64,000 nucleotides of DNA from Candidatus Woesearchaeota archaeon (GCA_043803105.1 JAZDKJ010000006.1:478638-542637), one strand, 5' to 3'; shown: positions 30,119-39,435, counted from the first letter of the stretch. Made by a program: numbers and translations. Notes: a model not told the origin generated them from the letters alone.

Positions 30119-30713
30119 TTCTTTCTATCTTAGTGAACCATTTCTTCAGGAATTTCTGGTACATAAACCAGCCCACAATAATAAGCACCATTAAGCCGAT
30201 AACTGAGACCTCAACGTAGTTTGTGACCCTCGCCACTGCGTTGAAAGCAACCCCTGTGTAAAACCCGACAGCAGTGTAGAATATTCCCATCAGCAGGCTT
30301 ATCAATACCGAGTAAAACAAGAACTTTTTCATTTGTACTCCTGCCGCTCCTGCCGCAATCAATCCTGGAAGTGGCAATGGGGGGATCACCTTGATAATGG
30401 ACATCGCCTTCCCAGTGTGTTTCTTTAGTCCTCTTTCCATCTTGATAAACATTGATTTTTTAACATTGAACATCTTGATGTATTTTTCCAGTATGCTCTT
30501 TCTGCTAATCGAGCCCACCCAATAATAGACCAGGTCTCCAGCAACATTGGCAGCTGTTGATAAGGCAAGAATAATGTAGACATTGAATATCCCTAAGGAC
30601 GCTGCGAATCCTGCAGCTGCTGTGACAACTGGCCCTTCAATGAACATAAGCACGAAGATTATAACATAGCCTTCCCTTTGGATTGTCGACAGGACAGCTT
30701 GGAAGGTGCTCAT
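30108..30713 (-). CDS. DedA/VTT family membrane protein
   Basis: IEGPVVT..AGF, GDLVYYWVG, AAG..V..KKF. Confidence 0.85.
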   Translation of the reverse strand: MSTFQAVLSTIQREGYVIIFVLMFIEGPVVTAAAGFAASLGIFNVYIILALSTAANVAGDLVYYWVGSISRKSILEKYIKMFNVKKSMFIKMERGLKKHTGKAMSIIKVIPPLPLPGLIAAGAAGVQMKKFLFYSVLISLLMGIFYTAVGFYTGVAFNAVARVTNYVEVSVIGLMVLIIVGWFMYQKFLKKWFTKIERTKI

Positions 30714-31294
30714 TTTTGTGTGGCTCTCAATACTGCCTTCTGCAATAGGTTTGTTGGAATAACCAATAGGAAAAAGGATAGCGGCAGCCAAATGAAACTG
30801 TACAAGGGTGGAGTGTATCCCAAAAAGTTTGAGTTGTAAACATAATTTACGTTTCTATTGGCTGGTGTTAAGATGAGGGATGCAATGAACATCACCAACA
30901 AAATCGCGCTAGAGTAGGCAATCGTATTTCCATCAGCTTCGTAGCAGTAAGTTAGGTAAAACACACAAGTTAGGAGCAGGTGCAGAACAAAGGACACTAC
31001 TGCGTAAAATATTCCATATGAAAATATTCCCGAAAAACCCCAATAATTGAAGCCGAAGAATAATTCGCCAAAAAAATTGAAAAGAAAGATTATCTGGCTT
31101 ATTAGACCTAAATTAATCACTGCCTTCATAAAAGCCATGCTGTCAAACATAATCGCTAAAACCAACAGCATCGGTGCAAAGTCACAGAACCAAACGAAGG
31201 AAACATAGTCAGAAACTAGCACATTCCTGATTATGACTAGTATCTGCAATCCAACAAAGACCCCTATCCAATATTTTTTATTTTCCTCAAGCAT
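30710..31294 (-). CDS. Integral membrane protein
   Basis: 5-6 TM segments, WFCD and NVNY motifs. Confidence 0.7.
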   Translation of the reverse strand: MLEENKKYWIGVFVGLQILVIIRNVLVSDYVSFVWFCDFAPMLLVLAIMFDSMAFMKAVINLGLISQIIFLFNFFGELFFGFNYWGFSGIFSYGIFYAVVSFVLHLLLTCVFYLTYCYEADGNTIAYSSAILLVMFIASLILTPANRNVNYVYNSNFLGYTPPLYSFIWLPLSFFLLVIPTNLLQKAVLRATQK

Positions 31295-31347
31295 GGTTTC
31301 AGAATCATAAAAGCTTACGACTTTTGTGTTAATAAATGTTCGTAAAT

Positions 31348-31359
31348 ATGCGAGGGGAG
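31348..31359. repeat. att site, distal copy (ATGCGAGGGGAG)
   Basis: Identical to 42693-42704. Confidence 0.8.
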
Positions 31360-31449
31360 CGCAATAACCGTATAGTTTAATGCGTCTTCTTTTTCTTTAT
31401 ATACTTTTGCTTCTGTTGTTTTGCAGTATAGAAAAACTTAAATACTTAC

Positions 31450-31470
31450 TTATCTGATAATATCAGATAA
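31450..31470. promoter_or_regulatory. Perfect palindrome TTATCTGATA-A-TATCAGATAA
   Basis: 10-bp arms between the TATA box (about 31437) and the ATG at 31491. Confidence 0.7.
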
Positions 31471-31490
31471 AGCATTTAGAGGTCAAAAAA

Positions 31491-31922
31491 ATGGTTCTGG
31501 AAATAAAAAAAGAGAAACACAAGTTTGAGGCCACAATCACCAGGAACGGAACAAGCCTGTGCATCAACATCCCTGCCAGGCTGACAAGAAAGCTGCCCTT
31601 AAATGTTGGGGACGACGTTGATATTGAACTGTCCCGACACTATATTGAATTGCAACAGGACACTTATGACTTCTTGGCTTTGCTCCAGCACAAACCAGAA
31701 GTTAAAGGGTATAGTAAGGTTGAACTTTTGTCCTACATGGTTCTCAAACATGGAGCTGCAAAAGACCACAAGCAATTCTCTGAAGTGCTGGATGGGTTTA
31801 CTGCAACAGACAAAAAACGCCTGCTGGAACTAGACAAATTGCACCTTAACATAGGCTTGACAGAAGTCCCAGAGAAAGCTGAACAGAACACCAAGGCAAC
31901 ACCTGACAAAAAGGAGAGGTGA
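31491..31922 (+). CDS. AbrB/MazE-like regulator
   Basis: ITRNGTSLCINIPARL...L.VGDDVDIEL. Confidence 0.7.
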   Translation: MVLEIKKEKHKFEATITRNGTSLCINIPARLTRKLPLNVGDDVDIELSRHYIELQQDTYDFLALLQHKPEVKGYSKVELLSYMVLKHGAAKDHKQFSEVLDGFTATDKKRLLELDKLHLNIGLTEVPEKAEQNTKATPDKKER

Positions 31923-32812
31923 CCAAGATGTTATGCCAAAACCACGTCCAACCAGAAGTTTTCGCTAAAGAAAAAGCTGCCGTCATCTACAAAGAAGTGG
32001 TGGACGAAAGAGGCCGATTCATCAGGCCGGAAGAGTTCCAGTGGCTACTGGCCTACTTCAGAGACAGATACGACCCCAGAAGGCTAGTCCTGGCCTTAAC
32101 CTACTGCGTCGGGCTAAGGATCCATGATGCCACGAGGATTCGCATAAACAATTTCAACGAGGACTTTACCTACATGCGCATGCAGCAATGCAAAGCGCAT
32201 GTGGTCAAAAAAAATGGTTTGACCAGGGTAACTTCCAAAACCAAAAACCACCCTTTGCCCGAATGGTTAAGTGCTGACATTCGAGGTTACGCTCAGTACC
32301 GGCTAGCAGTAGGCCACTACTTGAAAGTCGGCTGCGATAGCAAAAGACTGTTCCCCTCAGTGGAAAAAAGACAATTCTACTGCTTATTTGACAAACTCCG
32401 CAAGCGATATGGTGACGAACAACCGTGGCTCAGAGAAATTTGGTACATCGAAAAAAGATACGCTGCTGATGGACGGCTTATCGTCACAATCCCGAAGTTC
32501 AGAGTTGCCCCGCATATGGGCCGGGCCATGCATGCTTGCGCTGCCAGAGCCGTCTGTGACGGCGACCTCTCAAGTGCTCGGCTGATAACCGGCCATAATG
32601 AGATGAAAGACATCCAGAGGTACACCCGGTACTCAGAGGTGGATGCCAAGAAGCAGGAGCTCGTTGACAGGTTTATGACTCCATTAAACCAAGTGCAGCC
32701 AATTCCTTTAACTAAAGACCAGAGAACCCTTGAAACTTTTGGCTTCCCAAAATTCAGGTTCATGGAAAATCCTTCAACAAAAGAAGGAAAAAACATAATA
32801 AGCCACAATTAA
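31919..32812 (+). CDS. Short tyrosine recombinase (mainly catalytic domain)
   Basis: GLRIHDA (R), K, PHMGR (HxxR), GHN (H), QRYT (Y). Confidence 0.85.
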   Translation: MTKMLCQNHVQPEVFAKEKAAVIYKEVVDERGRFIRPEEFQWLLAYFRDRYDPRRLVLALTYCVGLRIHDATRIRINNFNEDFTYMRMQQCKAHVVKKNGLTRVTSKTKNHPLPEWLSADIRGYAQYRLAVGHYLKVGCDSKRLFPSVEKRQFYCLFDKLRKRYGDEQPWLREIWYIEKRYAADGRLIVTIPKFRVAPHMGRAMHACAARAVCDGDLSSARLITGHNEMKDIQRYTRYSEVDAKKQELVDRFMTPLNQVQPIPLTKDQRTLETFGFPKFRFMENPSTKEGKNIISHN

Positions 32813-33299
32813 CCATTTTTGCGATGTCCGATCAAGAAGCAAAGCGCAGAGTAGCCAAAGCGCGGGACAAGCTCACAACAGAAGAGCAAAATATAATCAA
32901 ACTCATTGGATGGGCCCCAGAAGAAGAATAGCAAGAATACAAGGCCTTGCTAACATTAGAACTTGTCAAATAGCAAAATATATTAAGACGTAAACAATTG
33001 GTTAAGTCATGGAAGTAACAACCAGAAACCAAGAGCTAACCCTAAAAGTGTTTCTTTTGCTGATTGCAGCACTTGAAGCCACTGGTTGGGGATTGTTTTT
33101 GGCCATGAAGTGGTCTATTGAGCTCTGGCTTAAGTAAGCCAACTCTGCCGGGAAGTCCGGCAATCTTTTCTTCAGTAAACCTTTGTGCAAATTACAATAT
33201 ACAAATCCGTATATTTTTGTTTGGGTTGGATGCAACGCCAGGAAGTGCCTACAAAACGGCTCTAGTATATCCCAAGGTATACTTTCTAGCCCTTCCAGG

Positions 33300-33584
33300 T
33301 TATACTTTTTGTGCCTGTTTTTCCAAATCCTGAGCCTTATCGCGCAGTCTGGCCTTAACCTCAGACCTTTGTAGCGTCTGAAAGTAAACTGCCAATTCTT
33401 CATCATTCAGGCCAGCATATACCTTTTGAGGATTCTTGACAGCAGACAGGGCTAGGGTTATACTGAACTTCAAAGCCTTTGGAAAGTCACCATAGACCCC
33501 TGTTATTCCCATCAAAGAGGCCATCTCCTTGACAGCAGCCTCTTCTTGCTCATTAAACGATATTGGAATCTTCTTCTGACTCAT
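33300..33584 (-). CDS. Small putative DNA-binding protein
   Basis: KIPISFNEQE beta-helix start; GAGG Shine-Dalgarno. Confidence 0.5.
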   Translation of the reverse strand: MSQKKIPISFNEQEEAAVKEMASLMGITGVYGDFPKALKFSITLALSAVKNPQKVYAGLNDEELAVYFQTLQRSEVKARLRDKAQDLEKQAQKV

Positions 33585-33596
33585 TGTGTAACCTCA

Positions 33597-33890
33597 TTAA
33601 GAATAGTTGAACCTCACGCCCCTCTTTGCCCTTCTTTCGTAAGTCCTGGCTCTCTTAGGACCCATCTTTCGATAACTGAAATACTTGGCAGTCCTTCTCA
33701 GCTTGCCCTTGGTCCTGTGAACTCGCAAGTTATCCTTTTGAACATAGCTCTGCAACCTGTGTCTCAAGACTCTGGAACGACCAACATAAACCCTGCGCTT
33801 GTGCCGGTCATACAAAGAATACACTCCGGACCTGTTGGGAATCCTATCAGCTTTCTCCAAATTTCCCCGGGTTAATCGGCGAAGTCTCAT
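33597..33890 (-). CDS. Minimal, highly basic GIY-YIG nuclease
   Basis: SGVYSLY...VYVGRS..LRHRL..Y...YE...FN. Confidence 0.75.
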   Translation of the reverse strand: MRLRRLTRGNLEKADRIPNRSGVYSLYDRHKRRVYVGRSRVLRHRLQSYVQKDNLRVHRTKGKLRRTAKYFSYRKMGPKRARTYERRAKRGVRFNYS

Positions 33891-34171
33891 GGAACTAAAT
33901 TGTGAGGGGGCGAGGTGAGACTTTCCCCCTCACCTAAGGCTGGTGATGTTTTAATCTGTTCAGCATGACACACGAAGGTCTTACGGCCTTGGAACACTTT
34001 CTTGAGCCGGACTTCCAGGCAGCCAAGGCTTATTTCTGGACCTATAAACTGGGCCGGAGAGGACAGGAACAGTTTGTCCGGCAACTCAACAGGATCCTTG
34101 GGGTTGCTGATGTCAAAGAGTCGTATCTGAAAAGCAAAGGCCAGCTTTCTTTTGGTGTCCTGTTCAACCAT
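33887..34171 (-). CDS. Hypothetical protein
   Basis: Coupled to both neighbours; GGAGG Shine-Dalgarno before the ATG at 34171. Confidence 0.5.
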   Translation of the reverse strand: MVEQDTKRKLAFAFQIRLFDISNPKDPVELPDKLFLSSPAQFIGPEISLGCLEVRLKKVFQGRKTFVCHAEQIKTSPALGEGESLTSPPHNLVP

Positions 34172-34379
34172 GGAAGGCCCCTCCGATTTGATGAGATAAC
34201 CGGATAACACCATCAACAGTAATCTGCCACAGGTCAGCAGCCCAACTTACCACCAGTTCAATATACTGGGAATAAACAAAGGGTTGGGTCTCTTTCAAAT
34301 AAAAGATGTAAAGGACACCAACAATCATACCAAGGAAAACAAAGAACCAGACCAAATGCTTGTAACGAAAAATTGGCAT
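34164..34379 (-). CDS. Small membrane protein
   Basis: Strong N-terminal TM helix. Confidence 0.55.
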   Translation of the reverse strand: MPIFRYKHLVWFFVFLGMIVGVLYIFYLKETQPFVYSQYIELVVSWAADLWQITVDGVIRLSHQIGGAFHG

Positions 34380-34394
34380 GAAATAGAAGCAAGG

Positions 34395-34652
34395 CTAGTG
34401 CTTTATTTGAGTTTGTTTAACAAGATAGGCAAGCTGCCGTTTAACCGCAACAATATCGGAGTGTAAAGAATCAACCTTCTGATTCAGCTCCTCAAGTTCG
34501 ACGCGCCTATGGTCTAGCAAATCCCCTGCGCTGGCGATCAACCACCTTAAGAGGTCTGACTGATTTAAACGCTTAGTCTCTGCTAGTTGCTTGAACGCTT
34601 GCAGTTCTCGGTCACGCAATCTGCAAGCAACAAAGCCATCGTTCAGGCTCAT
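34395..34652 (-). CDS. RHH/CopG-like protein with a coiled-coil tail
   Basis: FVACRL...FKQLA....NQSDLLRWLI. Confidence 0.6.
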   Translation of the reverse strand: MSLNDGFVACRLRDRELQAFKQLAETKRLNQSDLLRWLIASAGDLLDHRRVELEELNQKVDSLHSDIVAVKRQLAYLVKQTQIKH

Positions 34653-34882
34653 TACTTCAGAATCCCCTTGAGTTTCAATTCGTCTAGCAAAAGCTTCCCG
34701 GCCTTGACTAATCGCATCAGCTCTCTAGGCTTGCACTGGATTGAAGGCTGCTTCCATCGACCCTTCCAGTAGTAGGACTTTGAAAGCTGGCACATCCCCC
34801 GGTTCTTCCAGTAGCAGGCTTGAGCATTCTTGACCCTATAATCAAAGTCTGGCTTTGTTGTATTAATGTCTTCTTTATTCAT
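34652..34882 (-). CDS. Small Cys-containing hypothetical protein
   Basis: GAGG Shine-Dalgarno; TAATG overlap with the next gene. Confidence 0.5.
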   Translation of the reverse strand: MNKEDINTTKPDFDYRVKNAQACYWKNRGMCQLSKSYYWKGRWKQPSIQCKPRELMRLVKAGKLLLDELKLKGILK

Positions 34883-34902
34883 TGTGTAACCTCTCAAAGC
34901 TA

Positions 34903-34947
34903 ATACGTAATATACGTAAGATACGTAGAGATACTTATGGTACGTAT
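34903..34947. repeat. ATACGTA repeat cluster
   Basis: Copies at 34903, 34912 and 34921, a variant at 34931 and an inverted copy at 34941. Confidence 0.65.
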
Positions 34948-35012
34948 TGTCATCGTAAGATTAATGCGGACATAATATATCAAATGCCGTAAGGATTTAA
35001 GCATCATTCTTG

Positions 35013-35849
35013 TCAAGAATCCTCATTCTCAGTGTCATCATCTTCATACAAGTCTTGCTTATCTTTCCCGGCCTTACTATCAATCGGCTTGCTTGTTGAA
35101 CCTGTGGTATCTGTATCCTGGCTTGAGTTCAGTTGGTCCAGAGTCTCAAGAACAAAGTCAAGCTTAGAATCAATCTCAGCAGTCTTTATTGTAGCTGAAT
35201 CAGTAGCAGTCTTCAATGACTGAACCTTGGATTGTAAAACAGACAGTTGTTCTTGCAGCTTATGAATGTCTGACAGGTCTTCTTTACTCATCGGGAACTC
35301 TGTATCATGCCGGACTTCAAACAATGCCTTCAAGAAAGATTCCTTAGAAGCCTTCTGCAATACCACAGCATCAAGCGCCAGGTTAAGCTTAGATAATAAC
35401 GGCTTGTCAACACTCAAGCATCTGAGCTTGTCACGGACTACGACACTGTGAAGGCAGAGGTCAGGGGTGTTGCGTGTATAAATTTCCAGGTCATCCATTA
35501 CCTGAATGTTCTTAGTGCCAGGTGGAACCTTGTTGACTTTCTTATACATCGCTGCAATACTGCCTTCCACTTTCTCCTGGGCATCCTTCTTTAGATGTTC
35601 AACCTTCTGCAAAGCTTCAGTCTCAACAGCCTTGACTCTAGGCTCTATTGCTTTCAAGGCTTGAGCTGCAGCATCCTTTGATAGGTTGGTCAAGGTCCGG
35701 TCTTGTTGCTGGAGATCAACCTTCAAGTTGTAGATGGCATCAGCACATCCTTTTCTCAAGCTGTCAATACTCTTCTCTGTTGCTAACATTCTTTGGCTCA
35801 AGGTCTGCATCCCAAGGTCCAAGTCTTCCATCTTAGTTTTACCAAACAT
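35013..35849 (-). CDS. Coiled-coil hypothetical protein with an acidic tail
   Basis: GGAGG Shine-Dalgarno before the ATG at 35849. Confidence 0.6.
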   Translation of the reverse strand: MFGKTKMEDLDLGMQTLSQRMLATEKSIDSLRKGCADAIYNLKVDLQQQDRTLTNLSKDAAAQALKAIEPRVKAVETEALQKVEHLKKDAQEKVEGSIAAMYKKVNKVPPGTKNIQVMDDLEIYTRNTPDLCLHSVVVRDKLRCLSVDKPLLSKLNLALDAVVLQKASKESFLKALFEVRHDTEFPMSKEDLSDIHKLQEQLSVLQSKVQSLKTATDSATIKTAEIDSKLDFVLETLDQLNSSQDTDTTGSTSKPIDSKAGKDKQDLYEDDDTENEDS

Positions 35850-35850
35850 T

Positions 35851-36066
35851 TCAATCGCCTCCTGGTGCTCCACGTTGAAAAGGAACAATGACTGGCTTGA
35901 CCTTCTTGTCACATCTGGGACAGAACCATAAGCCGTCCTTAGTACCGACATAATCGTCTCGAATATAATCTGACCTCAGAAAGAAACCACAAGTCGGACA
36001 ACTAACTGAGACTTTAACAAAAATGTTATTGTGTGTTTCTTTATAGTACATAGTCTTGCACCTCAC
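35851..36066 (-). CDS. Small zinc-ribbon protein
   Basis: CPTC...CPRC. Confidence 0.6.
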   Translation of the reverse strand: MRCKTMYYKETHNNIFVKVSVSCPTCGFFLRSDYIRDDYVGTKDGLWFCPRCDKKVKPVIVPFQRGAPGGD

Positions 36067-36281
36067 TTCTTAACAGCACTTGGGCTGTCACCACTCCCTA
36101 ACTTTATTGCAGCCCAAAAACAAACAACACAAACAACTACGCTGCCTAAGAAGAGTTGAAAGAAAATATGCCACAAATCGCCGAAAAAGACTGAAGCAAT
36201 CGCAACAATCAAACTGCCAAAGGCAACTACCCACAACAAGGTCCTACCGGTGTTAGATTCGCTAGGCTTACTTGGGTTCAT
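36063..36281 (-). CDS. Small two-TM protein
   Basis: Two hydrophobic helices in 72 aa. Confidence 0.6.
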   Translation of the reverse strand: MNPSKPSESNTGRTLLWVVAFGSLIVAIASVFFGDLWHIFFQLFLGSVVVCVVCFWAAIKLGSGDSPSAVKK

Positions 36282-36411
36282 TGTCCTTGACCTCTTCTTC
36301 TGTGGGCTTCATGCTCTCAGCCTCTTCCAAAATGCTGACTCCTTTCTTTGAGCGCTTCCAAAACTTCCCTTGCACCTTTGCCTTGATGTCTTGCCATAGT
36401 CTCATAGTCAA

Positions 36412-36636
36412 TCACCTTTGTTGATTGTTAAATTCCAGTACTTCGTTGTTAGCCTTCAAGTTCTGCCTGACAATAAAGTCCAAAAGCCTCTTCCGAGTCA
36501 CATTACATTTACAACAAACGTGAAAGAAGATGATTCCCTGACTTGACTCTTCCAGCCGGTAGGTCATGCCTTCCTGCTTCGGACAAGAAGGTTTGCCACA
36601 AAAAACACAGTAACAAAAGTTTTGAGAGCAAGACAT
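36412..36636 (-). CDS. Small zinc-finger protein
   Basis: CVFC...CCKC. Confidence 0.5.
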   Translation of the reverse strand: MSCSQNFCYCVFCGKPSCPKQEGMTYRLEESSQGIIFFHVCCKCNVTRKRLLDFIVRQNLKANNEVLEFNNQQR

Positions 36637-39044
36637 CAGACAACACCCCACTTATCAAAAGAACCCTTATTGAACACAACCCCTAAAGTGCGCATCCGTT
36701 CAAGACGTTCAACAATCAGCTTCTCATCACAACCTCTAGACTTGGCAAACATTATAATGGCCTGAGTTAGAACGCCATCACCCTTGTCCCTCTCCTTAAT
36801 AAAAGTCTTAACATCCTGGTCTGTAATCTCAGAGATAAGCCCTAGGCGTTTCTTGATTCTGTCATCAAAAATAATTCCCATGATTGGATACTTGTAATTG
36901 GGAAGCCGGACATTAAGGATGGTATCTCCTTCAATAAAACCCAAGTCTAACAGCAACGCATGGAAGCGAGAGGAGCCAATGGTCATAATATTCAGGCTCT
37001 TCAAGAACATAATGTACTCCTCATACATTTTGTTTTTGGGGTAAGCAAAAGCTCCAGGGTGAATCCCATCAAGACCCTTCTTAAATTCACCCTGGTCTGA
37101 ATGGTTCTCATAAACGTCAACAAGCTTGCGCTGCAAAGCTTCCAAGTAATAATCACTGCTAACAGATTCGTTTGCTTGCTTTGCAACCATCAAAGAATTA
37201 AGCTGAGACAGTCGGATGCCAACCAACTTGGAAACACACAAGGCAGTATAGGCCATCTCATTATTTCGGCCTGCCAACTTTCTAAGGAGATTTATGTCAT
37301 CTTCTGGAAATTGGCTCGTAAGCTTGTCAAATAATGCTTGACGTTGGTCCATGGGGGTACCCCTACAGCTCACTACACCACTACAGGTTACTACAGGCAG
37401 CCATGCTTGTTTTTCCTCAAAAACACGCTGAAGATTCTCTAAAGCCCAAAACCACATCTCATCTGCCAAAGGCTTAATGATTTGGTGCTTAACAGTGTTA
37501 ATCACCGGCAAACGCGAGTCTGTAGTAACACTAGCATGAATAAAAAAAGTTCTCTGATTCAAAGCATCTTCTGTCAAGCTCCTGATGCTATAGCCATGAG
37601 GTCCAGCCACATCGTAAGCCTTTGGAGTGTGATTCTTACCTTCGCAACGCACATAAGGATTGCCACGCCTCTGACCTTTACGCAAAATTGAGACTACCTC
37701 TTGCTCCCCATGCTCTCCTATCTTCTGGTCCAACTCATCCACTAGCAAGCTCAAAGAATGGTCTTCGCACATCCTGGCCAAAGCAGCCGCGCTCACATCA
37801 CCACCCATAAAACCATGATAAGCCAAAAACGAAAGGATCTCCAAGAGGGTAGTCTTACCACTTCCCCTTGTTGCATCCACACCAAGATAAAAAAAAGAAT
37901 CCAAGACAGGAGCAATATACGTCTGACCAACATACAACTGACACATAGACAAATCCTGAACATCATTAAAATCATAAAGAAGAGAGATAACTCTAGCCAC
38001 ATCTTCCAAAATCGCGGACAAAGGTCTGATGGTCAATTTTCCATCAAGCCACTCCTGCACCCTTTCCATAGAAGGCACATTATACGGAGCTTTCTGAGGA
38101 GCATGAGAAAATAGATATTTCTGACCCTCCCACTCAAAAAAATGATTTACAAACTTACTCTCCTCATCCTTCTCAGACTTAACCAAAAAAAGACACTTCT
38201 TGCCACCAATGACACCAGCAAACATGCGCGGACTAACTTGACCAACACAAAGCTGAGACGTCGGGTCGAAATAACCCCAGCTCTTTATATTGTAGTGAGA
38301 TGTAGTAATGTAGTGACTTGTAGTAGTAGTTGGATGGACAATACTCTCGTTTTTGCTTTGAGCTTTTGAATATGTCTTTTCGCGGTAGGCAGGTGGCGCG
38401 CTTGCCCACTTGGCAAAAGCCTGCATAGCTTCAAACACTTCTTCTTTGGTCTTGCCTGCTTTGATCAGCTTGCAGACTTCGGCGAACTCTCTGCCTGAAC
38501 GGCTTTTGTCTGCGGACTTTGGCTCTTCCTGATTCGCTTCTGTTGAGGTTGCATCATCCTTTATGTATGGCTTAATCAGGTTTTTAAGATACTCCTCACT
38601 GTATTCCATGATGAAGGCACCATTAACAACCTCGTAAGTCTTTCCCTTCGCTTCTGGTCTTTTTGGGTCATCATAAGAAGAGCCAGGACCTACAACCTGA
38701 TAATTATTAGCCCTCAGTTCACCTACACCTGGCAAAACATGGTTTTTGCTGTACGGACAAATGAAATAGAAATGTCTGCCTTGGCTGCCAGGACTTTTGA
38801 CTGTGAATGTTTCAAGCTGGAATTTGTCAAGCACTTCCAGATGGTCCACATCAAGGATTCTTAGATTACCATAGCCACCAATAACTCCGTAATTGCCACC
38901 AGCAGCTATCCATTCAACTAATTTTTTGTCATCATACCTGTACCCCTTCTTTTGCCATTCGGATTCAAAAGGTCTTTTGCCCTTGAGGAGAACAAATCTG
39001 AACTCTGGCTTTTGGAGTTGTGTAGGGATGTTCATTGCTGGCAC
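36636..39044 (-). CDS. Bifunctional primase-polymerase fused to a P-loop helicase and a wHTH-like tail (replication protein)
   Basis: NYGVI....ILDVD, HFYF, VGPGS Prim-Pol motifs; GSGKTTLLE Walker A; LLVDE Walker B. Confidence 0.85.
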   Translation of the reverse strand: MPAMNIPTQLQKPEFRFVLLKGKRPFESEWQKKGYRYDDKKLVEWIAAGGNYGVIGGYGNLRILDVDHLEVLDKFQLETFTVKSPGSQGRHFYFICPYSKNHVLPGVGELRANNYQVVGPGSSYDDPKRPEAKGKTYEVVNGAFIMEYSEEYLKNLIKPYIKDDATSTEANQEEPKSADKSRSGREFAEVCKLIKAGKTKEEVFEAMQAFAKWASAPPAYREKTYSKAQSKNESIVHPTTTTSHYITTSHYNIKSWGYFDPTSQLCVGQVSPRMFAGVIGGKKCLFLVKSEKDEESKFVNHFFEWEGQKYLFSHAPQKAPYNVPSMERVQEWLDGKLTIRPLSAILEDVARVISLLYDFNDVQDLSMCQLYVGQTYIAPVLDSFFYLGVDATRGSGKTTLLEILSFLAYHGFMGGDVSAAALARMCEDHSLSLLVDELDQKIGEHGEQEVVSILRKGQRRGNPYVRCEGKNHTPKAYDVAGPHGYSIRSLTEDALNQRTFFIHASVTTDSRLPVINTVKHQIIKPLADEMWFWALENLQRVFEEKQAWLPVVTCSGVVSCRGTPMDQRQALFDKLTSQFPEDDINLLRKLAGRNNEMAYTALCVSKLVGIRLSQLNSLMVAKQANESVSSDYYLEALQRKLVDVYENHSDQGEFKKGLDGIHPGAFAYPKNKMYEEYIMFLKSLNIMTIGSSRFHALLLDLGFIEGDTILNVRLPNYKYPIMGIIFDDRIKKRLGLISEITDQDVKTFIKERDKGDGVLTQAIIMFAKSRGCDEKLIVERLERMRTLGVVFNKGSFDKWGVV
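37362..37395 (+). repeat. Array A: 4x (A)CTACA with 4-2-4 spacers
   Basis: cCTACA gctc ACTACA cc ACTACA ggtt ACTACA; abuts the palindrome GGGGTACCCC (37354-37363). Confidence 0.75.
38291..38324 (-). repeat. Array B: 4x ACTACA with 4-2-4 spacers, inverted relative to A
   Basis: Minus strand reads ACTACA agtc ACTACA tt ACTACA tctc ACTACA. Confidence 0.75.
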
Positions 39045-39241
39045 CCGATCTTTTGCATTTTGCCTTGGTCAATTTTATATTCCTGATCATCGACTAAGAA
39101 TGAGACTTGGCAACTTCCATCATTCCATAAAATTAATTTGATAGTGAAGGCGCGTTTATACTTAACAGCTAATTCTGCCTGTAATTGCCGTAGTGCAATA
39201 TTGAGGCAAAAAGGCACGAAGAGGGGATTTGTATCATTCAT
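39032..39241 (-). CDS. Small hypothetical protein
   Basis: Coupled to both neighbours. Confidence 0.5.
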   Translation of the reverse strand: MNDTNPLFVPFCLNIALRQLQAELAVKYKRAFTIKLILWNDGSCQVSFLVDDQEYKIDQGKMQKIGCQQ

Positions 39242-39435
39242 TTTTTCCCCTCTGGCGCGCTCAAATCTGTGATTTTTACTATCGCCCTTTTGCCAATAAT
39301 AATATAATGCTCTTCGCCATCGATAGGCTGGACAGTCATGGTAAAATCGTCATCTTCGATGATAACGCCTCTTAGAACTTTTGTGACTCCTTGGTCCTCG
39401 AAGACAATCTTTTTCAATCCTTCATCCCATTTCAT
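39238..39435 (-). CDS. Sm/Hfq-like small protein
   Basis: LRGVIIEDDDFTMTV and IIIGKRAIVKI resemble the Hfq Sm1/Sm2 motifs. Confidence 0.45.
   Translation of the reverse strand: MKWDEGLKKIVFEDQGVTKVLRGVIIEDDDFTMTVQPIDGEEHYIIIGKRAIVKITDLSAPEGKK

Noticed and set aside
31332-31342. ATAAATGTT(T)CG near both att sites (also about 42663)
   Set aside because: Each copy is the reverse-strand BRE/TATA promoter of the adjacent gene, at different spacing from att
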